A DNA stretch of 64,000 nucleotides from Trichoplax adhaerens. Its lineage: Eukaryota; Animalia; Placozoa. Below are positions 49,870 through 64,000 of this stretch, piece by piece. The stretch lies in assembly GCF_000150275.1 (NCBI RefSeq), contig NW_002060946.1, positions 2,685,454 through 2,749,453 on the forward strand, written 5' to 3'. The notes under the pieces were generated by a model. The model was not told where the DNA came from, did not search any database, and saw nothing but the letters and a program-made list of their open reading frames with translations. Positions within the stretch are counted from its first letter, which is position 1; every line of letters begins with the position of its first letter. The position numbers and the translations under genes were made by a program.

Positions 49870-50575
49870 TGTACAGTGTCAAAAGAAATGGATGGTAAAT
49901 TCATGTCTAATGTACAGTATAATTAGTATGAGAAATATCGAATGACTTTCATAACACCCAGTACAGTACAGTGCAAAGATACTGTACTGTACACTGTACA
50001 CAGTGCAGTACTGTACGCACTTACGACGCCACTATTGAAATGATTTCTAGTCAAAATGATCATTTGACTTTTAACCAATCATGACGATGCTTTACTAAAC
50101 TAACCTTTCAGAGCTTGCTTAAATAATAAATAAAATACAGTGTCATAAGAAATGGATGGAAAATTCATGTCTAATGTATAAAATTTAGTACAGCATGTGG
50201 AATATCAAATGGCTTTCCGAACACCCAGTACAGTACAGTACAGTGTATACTGCACAGTACAGTACGCACTTAATGTACGACGCCACTATTGAAGTGATTT
50301 CAAGCCAAAATGATCGTTTGACTTTTAAACCAATCCATGACGATGCTTCACTAAACTAACCTTTCAGAGTTTGCTTAAATAATAAATAAAATACAGTGTT
50401 ATAAGAAATGGATGGAAAATTCATGTCTAATGTATAATTAATACAGTATGTGGAATATCAAATGACTTTGCTAACACCTTGTACAGTACTGTACGCACTT
50501 ACGACGGCACTATTGAAATGATTTCAAGTCAAAGTTATCATATGACTTTTAACCAATCATGACGATGCTTTACTT
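49870..50575. repeat. Three tandem ~260-bp units (third truncated) in the APEH/MCM2 divergent promoter
   Basis: AAGAAATGGATGG.AAATTCATGTCTAATGTA...ACGACG.CACTATTGAA.TGATTTC...AACCAATC.TGACGATGCTT begins at ~49872, ~50136 and ~50392. Each unit has a CCAAT box and a variable CAGTA tract. Confidence 0.92.
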
Positions 50576-50578
50576 AGC

Positions 50579-50666
50579 TTTCGCGGCAATTTCGATTACG
50601 TAACAATACGTAGATACTGTATCGCACAGTGACTCGCCCAATTTCCCGCCAAATATTGCCACGTGA
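50579..50666 (+). promoter_or_regulatory. MCM2 proximal promoter: E2F sites, CCAAT box, E-box
   Basis: TTTCGCGG at 50579; overlapping inverted double E2F site TTTCCCGCCAAA at 50642-50653; CCAAT at 50638; CACGTG at 50660; ATG at 50694. Confidence 0.75.
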
Positions 50667-50693
50667 TTTAGTTCTTGCAACGAGGAGATCAAA

Positions 50694-56700
<6,007 letters not shown>

Positions 56701-57179
56701 TTATACTGTATCAATTGATTTTAGTAAGTTATATGCGCAACATACGCTATATGCTATAAAGTTTCGTATTATATCACTTTATTTGGTGTAAAAATTTTGA
56801 GAATGTTGAGTATGTTTCGATATGCGATTTATTTTTGGCTGCGTTCAACATTATATAATATAATATATCACCTGTCTATTCCTACATACCTCGATCCGTT
56901 ATTGTAATATTGTAAAAATTCTGCTAGCAACTCAAATACTTGTATATTCAATAATTTTATGTCACATTACATGTAATGATGTTCGAATAATTTTTGATTG
57001 CTGCCAATAAAAATAATAATTTACAGCTAACTAAATATTGGAAGAAGGAATCTTTGTGTCATCATTCTCATGCTATAACAGAGATATCATTAATCTAGTA
57101 ATTCTAATATGTAATGCAATATTCTCTTATGAACTGAGAATGTGTGTCTATTCCCTGGAAAGCATTTCCATCGAACCTT

Positions 57180-59147
57180 TTATTTTATAAAACCCTTCAT
57201 CATTTTTCTTAATTTCATACCACTGTATAGCAAGCTCTTAAGAAGTCCTAGATCATAAAAAGCCATCGTAATGCTGTAAGATTCGAAAATCTAGTTGCAT
57301 TAGCAATAGATAAAATACATACCAGCACTTAAAATGCCTTTCAAGCTCTGACTTTTACTACTTTCGCTGACAATTGTTGCAATACCTGAAATGCCACAGT
57401 AAGGATTAAACTGTTATGTTTGAAGGGGTTTTTAATTTACCAGTTAATAACATTTAGATAACTATTAAAAGATTAGCTGTACCATTTTTTACATAATCTG
57501 TACACTTGCGATCCTTTGCTATCTGGTGTACATCTAAGCCGCTATTCGATTTTATCTCCGTTATTAGACGCTTTGGGAGGTTGCTAAGGTATTGAAGCTT
57601 CGTTTGGGAAGTGCAATCTTGCTGTAAAGTTATGTTAGCGAAGGATACAATACGTAAAAATAGCAAATCAAGCAGGAAATAACACAGCTAAGGGTTTAGT
57701 ACGGTAAAGAATGAAAAAGATCACCTGAATTTCATAACCATCCCGATTGATGTGAACAGATTCGAAAGATTGCAAAATGGGATAATATAATTTACGAAAT
57801 TGGGGTAGATTCGGCTTGACAATATTGTAGACCTTATTGCGATTTTCACCAATTGTCATACGAAAATCGCCTAGCCAAAGTTAAATCAAAAATGAGTCCT
57901 ACTTTGCTATTTTGGTTGCACTATGAAACCATTTGTATAAATTAAAAAATTTATATACCTAAGTATGATAGACCGGCAATCGTAAGGTACAAAGATTCCT
58001 CTGTAAAGTTTTCTGGCAGCATTAGCAAGGAAACACGTAAAGTATTTGTCAAGTTAGATGTTAGTAGAGGTCCAATTTCCGGATCTTCTCTCCCTTTAAT
58101 AAATAATACCTTGCAAACCAAAAAAATATCATGTGTTTATCAAGTTTATTTTAGCATAGAAAATTTTATACACGCTATTAAGTGAGTTTACGTATAGTAT
58201 AAAACGTGCACTATTATATTATCATCTCTTTTATCATGAAAGGTAATTTATAACCTACGGGTTTCTGTAAGCGCCCACTGATATAGAGATTATTCCAATT
58301 TTGCAATTCATGGCAGAAAGATCGAACACTTATTACCCCATATTTGATTACCTGTTGAGAAAAATTAGTAAATCTACTGCAAAAAGCTAGTGTTGTTAGG
58401 GATGCTTAGGATTATACTTATCTAAATATATTGTATTAGTTATTAGAAGTACGAATGTAGTACAAGGCCCAAAATTTATATTCTTACACGTTCTTTATGT
58501 TTAACCAGAGTGTTATAATAAACCTTAGCACCAAACGATTCCTGTATTGTACATATGAATTCAGTTCCCAAATATTTTAAAAATGAGTAATGACTTGGAT
58601 TTCGAGCTAAATTATCCGTGTGCCATCGCAAAGGATCTTGTACAGCGAATATGAAATCAACCATATTATCCTATCAAATAGTATGAATATAGATATCTGT
58701 AGTTTGGATTTGAGTAAGAACTTTTTGCATGCTTTAATAGCCTTGATGGAGACTGTTTGGATTTCTACTACTACTGTACAGTGCAGTATTTACAATAAGG
58801 ATGGGTTCGAGCGAGCTACATTACTGTAAGCTGATCGATTGAGTACAATTACCGTTTGCAAAGTGTCTTTTAACAAACAGTGTCATTATGTTATAATGCT
58901 TTCCTATTATTTCAAATAAGTATGATAGAAATGAGACCTCAAATCACACATGATGTACGAGTAATTGAGCATACAGCTCGATTGCAACATAAAACCGAGA
59001 TGATGATTGGACTAGCTTGCATACCGATGTAATTGCTTGATGTTGCTGCTTGAACACACCTGATCCATATGCTAATGCTACGGTTATTCCATTTGGAAAA
59101 TCTGAGACTGTCTGATCATAAAACTGCATGGTAGACAGATTGATCAT
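57180..59147 (-). CDS. TAMM41: Mitochondrial phosphatidate cytidylyltransferase (Tam41/Mmp37)
   Basis: Exons encode ALAYGSGVFKQ, MVDFIFAV...WH..NL.RNPSHYSFL, FGAKVYYNTLV, IKYGVIS...LYISGRLQKP, LYLTIAGLSY, DFRMTIGENRNKVYNIV, QSLKGILSAG, SLLYSGMKLRKM; stop at 57180-57182. Confidence 0.95.
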
Positions 59148-59319
59148 TCCGTTTTGAGCCAGTAAACAGTATTATTGTAATACCATGTTAATTTGTGAAT
59201 GGTTGCGTTAAGAAATTGCGATTGCCTTTCGACAGAGTTACATTGTCATAACAATTCAGTACTGCACTCTACTCCTAACTCCTAACTGGTTAGCATACGG
59301 ACCACTTTTTTAGTACACT

Positions 59320-60050
59320 TACCAGTACACTGCACGAGTGTACCGCTTCCACAAGTGCTGTACACTGTACAGTACATGTACTGTACTGTAAATTTACATC
59401 GAGTACTGTACAGTACAGTACTGTACTGTATTGTACGGTACGCTACACGGCTACAGCATACAGTACAGTACTAAGCACTGCAGTACTGTACAGTACAGTA
59501 CATTTTACTGTATTTTAGAGGGAAATATTGTACAGTACAGTACTGTACAGTACTGTACAGTGACTAGTATTAAAATGGTGAAGACATTTATGGACTGTAG
59601 TAGACAATCTTTCACATATAATTTGACTTTAAGGATTGAAAATTTCAAGTAAATTTCCTCTTTTATTAGAACTAATATTCATACTTACGATTTAATTATG
59701 AAAGAGTTTCTAGAGGAATATAAGTAAAAAATAATGACAAAATTCATTGGTAAACATGTATGTGTTGACCTATACTGTACTTTATACTGCAGTATACACG
59801 TACAGTACTGTATTCCCTACCAAGATCCGCGAACTCTACACTAGTACAAGTTCCCATCCTCGACTTACTGTTCAGTATACTGTATATGGACTATTAGAAA
59901 AAATACCTGGACCTGAAACTCGATCAGGTCTACACTCTAGACACTGTTGCAATTAGATCTGAGAAAAAATCGGTATATGATACACTAATGTACAGTACTG
60001 TACATAACAAATTCACATTTACGTAAAGAAGCGACTACAGTATACAGTAT
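59320..60050. repeat. CAGTA/TACTG array upstream of TAMM41
   Basis: Dense TACTGTACAGTA palindromic units at 59350-59560, sparser to ~60050. Confidence 0.85.
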
Positions 60051-61529
60051 AAATAAATTAATTAATTAAATTAAATTAAATAAACAGCAAAAAGATGATT
60101 CTGTAAATGCCCCTAAATTGAATTATAGTTACCAATTGACCCACACTCGTTATTCTTCGTGTACTCAGTATATAGCCTGTATGTTCTTGTAGTTTTTACT
60201 TTATCGCTGTCGGTCATATGTACAATATAAATATCTACTTATAGCCCGCATTCTTATTAAATTCATCAAGTCAAAAGTATTACAATATTATCCCAGAATA
60301 TCTCGAGCATCCTTCTTGAGTCTGATCAGTGAGCACACAGCAACATACAATCAGTAGCTATCCACACGCTCTGACTCGAAGTCGACTCTGAGTTGATCAG
60401 TCAAGGAAATTATAATTATCGGTCATTTTATTATTACAAATTATAACATGTACATTGTACAGTTACTGAAATTTTTCAGTCAGTCGTCAATCAGTTGAGT
60501 ACAGTCGTTTATCGTACACTACAGTACAGTACACTTCGCATCACATTAGTGGATTGACCAAGAACTACGTAGATTAGGAAGGATATCGAATATTTTACAA
60601 AACTACGGTAATTCATTATTATCATCGCATTACTGCATCTTAGCTGATGCTATGTGTGACAATTACACAATAGGATTATAATATTGATTGTACAATTATC
60701 TTCGGTTATTTGATTTTAATTTTTTTTGTTAATCCACTGTCCAGTTGTTTATAGTTATTCAATGACAATATAATTGAATCGGGTCAAAGTAGCGATTGTT
60801 CTAGGTAAGGAGGGGGTGGTCCTCAAAAAAGAGTTTAGTAAAACGAAAAGAAAGGAGGTATAATCCCCCCAAATTAAAAAATAGGATTCAATTGTAAGCG
60901 TGTTGCGCTATACTATTGCAGTACTGTACAATGCTACTGGCACAGTACATAGAGTATAGAACAGTAGTGACATCAAGTGACGACCGCTATTAACTCATTA
61001 ATTAATTATAAATGACTGTATATAACCTGCATTGTTGTAACCGTCTGCCACACAGTCTGAGCCATAATATCGGCTAAAGTTAATGACTCTTAAAGAAAAC
61101 ATTGAATAGATTGCAAATCGTGGAGATTTGAATATGAGGCAATTATTAGCAGAATGATGGAGTACAGTATAATTCTAGAACTTACAACACTAAAATAAAG
61201 TACTGTATAGTGGAAAACTTGTCTTTGCACCGTATTTTATTTGATTTTAACGTAAGCTTTCAAATCTACAAAATCATCAACAGTCCCGGTACAGTATAGG
61301 TTTGTGAAGTGTCTCCTAGACTAGCCTGGTTTTGTATTTATCGTTGTGCTAGAACTCTTTTTTATTGTGCACTCAGGGTGAATGCTGTACTGTCCATTTG
61401 TGTACTTAAGATACACAAGATGTTACACATACAGACAGGACTTATTCAAGGAAAATAGCCATTGTTGACTGATGATCCACTACACCCATGTGTAAATTAT
61501 TTCTGACGAGTACTGTGGGGTAATGTGTG

Positions 61530-61985
61530 TACAGTACCGCGTATACTGTACTGTACTTTGTACAATATAGCGTGTAGGATTTCTTTTGAGAGAAATCTGT
61601 GCGTACTTTTATTAAGATTTTGCAGCAAAATTCCTAAAATTTTCTACGTGTAATGCTACCGATTTATAAAAAAATTCGATAGAGTCCATCAATTTTTGCA
61701 CTTTTATTTCATTTTGAAAAATTTGAATAGAATTTCTTCACAGTGTACAGTGTACAGTACTGTCAATTCTACAGCATCGAGTACTGTACCATAATTCTTC
61801 TTATTTCAATACTGTACACTGTACTGGTACTGTACGGTCTGTGCATTAGTATACAGTACAGTACAGTACAGTACACTACTATGCGATACAATACAGTACA
61901 GTATATATACATACTGTACAGCACAGTCGTTCTAATTAGTTTAGTTAGTTAGTTTATATTTAGTGTCTGGTCTACTGTACTGCAT
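61530..61985. repeat. CAGTA/TACTG array
   Basis: TACAGTACAGTACAGTACAG runs at 61740-61925. Confidence 0.75.
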
Positions 61986-64000
61986 ATTTTTGAGTTGAAA
62001 AACCGCAAGTTGTCCGACGGTTTGAATCCGAAATTTGGGGTAGGTAGATTGAAGATTTAATCAAGGAATCATATTAGATCGATCGTATTTTTTTATTAAC
62101 TTTCAAAATCGGAGCGTCTAGAAATGTGCTAAAGTCAATTTGAACTCATCGTACAGTAATTTAAATGTAACTTGCAGTCTTGTAATTTATTTACTGTTGT
62201 GAGACGTCAATCAAATGGCGCAGTATTGTACGGTCATGAATATCAATCGCATAATAATATAGTAAGTGTACAGTACGTATTACGATGACTGTATTGTATG
62301 TCATCTAATTCACTTAGCTACGGCAATGGCGAACAGTCGTTCGCTTGACGGCTTTATTAGGATAGATTTCAGTTTAGGAATTTTGTAAATGCCAATTGTA
62401 TGTATCCGTATATAGATTGGTGCAACTTAAGATACTCTTTTAGTGCCACTCGATCAACTCAATTTGTAAGATGTCATCCTAGTAACTTGGCTATTTTATT
62501 GAGACGATACTCTTCAATCGTTTGTAACAATGACAGGGTTTAAAGCGATTTGGAGACAAACCGTTTCAATGTTGAATCGATAGACTGCAGTAGACTAAAA
62601 CTTTCTTTTATCTGTGCTATCACCATGTATAATATATACAGTGGGTATCACAGACATCACGAATAGTTAACAAACGTATCATCTACTGTCTTGTAGACGT
62701 GTTGAGGCCGTTATTGACCCTGCTCAAGTTAAGAGATGAAAAACATAAAAAAAAAATATAATGTACGCCGCTAAAGTTCGATCTCATATTAATTAATTAT
62801 ACAAATTTATTTATAATTAAGCCACCTTAATAACTCTTTACTTTAGTCAAACTATATAGTGTAATAGCCATCTATATAAGTATGTGTAATGGCCATCTAT
62901 CGATTTATGATTCAAAACTATTAAGTTTTTGTTGACTATTCTCATGCTCAATCCGACTCGCTTCTTAAAATGTTTGATGGTAATGGTACTGTACTTGTAG
63001 TAAAGCATACCTACCGTAATTAATTCGCTGCCGTAGCCTATAATACGGTAGGGAATTACTGGTCTACCTGGACCGGCTTAAGTGCTATCGTGAAAGTGTA
63101 CCAATAGTGGCATAATCTTCAAAAAATGAAATTAAATGAACGGTTATGTTACTCTAAATGATCAAATACGAAAGTACAAACGTGCTCTGCGAATAATATT
63201 GATATAGAGTAAATAAATGCAAATGTAAATCGGTAAAAGGAGTTATTGTATTATCGCGGAACCACGGTGGATGATTCTAATTGCTAGATCATGTTTTTAA
63301 TTCCACTTTTGATCCATGAGTGACTTCTGGCAACATTAAGCTAGCCTGATTTCATGTTAACTTTATTATTGTACAGTACTTTTAGTTCATAGTTAGTGTT
63401 TGATAGTAAACTATCAAGAATCCGGTAGTGTTATAAGACATTAATACCGTGGACGACTTAATCAAAGTCGTACTGATAAATGTCAGTGTGAAGTGAGTAT
63501 GAACAAGTTATGATACCCTTGGATATTTCTTTGTTGATAGATTCAGATTTGCTTATTTAGGTACAGATTTCCACAATGAGTTTATTTACAGCTAATAAAT
63601 ATTATGGATATACTGTATTTTATGGAAGGTTAACCTGGTCGGGATGCAGACAGAATTTCATGACTTGAGGATACAGTCCTTATAATGGTAATTCAATTTT
63701 CAAACCATATTTATTAACCTACTGGGATAATTAATCTGACTTTGGAAAGAAAGGAGAATTAACAAATACTAATTAATTAAGAGCCTTTAGTTCTTAGTTG
63801 CTGTATATTTTACTTAGCTTAAAGTTGTAAAAAATTTACCACAATGATTAGCTACGCTACTGCACCTCTAACGTGATTCGTGATCATAATAACCTGACGC
63901 TTAAATAAATTAAGAAGGAAAGCGTCTCTGTTCAAAAGTGTTATAGCTTTAACGTTGGCATTCTCTAAATTTTTTCAATGTTAATAATTTAATTATAAAT

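Noticed and set aside
60050-64000. Right-hand 4 kb as a coding gene
   Set aside because: No substantial ORF or recognisable exon. It is probably the 5' regulatory or intronic region of a gene beyond the window.

Overview
AT-rich, intron-rich eukaryotic DNA with short GT-AG introns and metazoan gene content. The style is most consistent with an early-branching animal such as a placozoan (Trichoplax-like); this is inference, not demonstrated. Genes in order: the 5' end of a class-V PLP enzyme of the Egt2/CefD/LCD type (-, runs off the left edge), intronless MGMT (-), a 9-exon GTSE1/PSRC1 homologue (+), SEC13 (-), TMEM237 with an intronless CDS (-), a large (+) locus, APEH (-), MCM2 (+) and TAMM41 (-). 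The exons of the large locus can be spliced in frame into one ~1,790-aa protein: 3xPDZ, then Roc GTPase, COR and a Death domain. This architecture is the main candidate novelty. Non-coding highlights: self-complementary CAGTA/TACTG arrays and 200-300 bp tandem duplications clustered at gene 5' ends, a 55-bp hAT-like mini-element with a perfect 8-bp target-site duplication (TSD), a perfect 60-bp palindrome, a DHFR-type double E2F site before MCM2, and CHR/CCAAT motifs before GTSE1. No rRNA, tRNA or CRISPR array was recognised. Exon coordinates were read by eye and may be off by a few bases.
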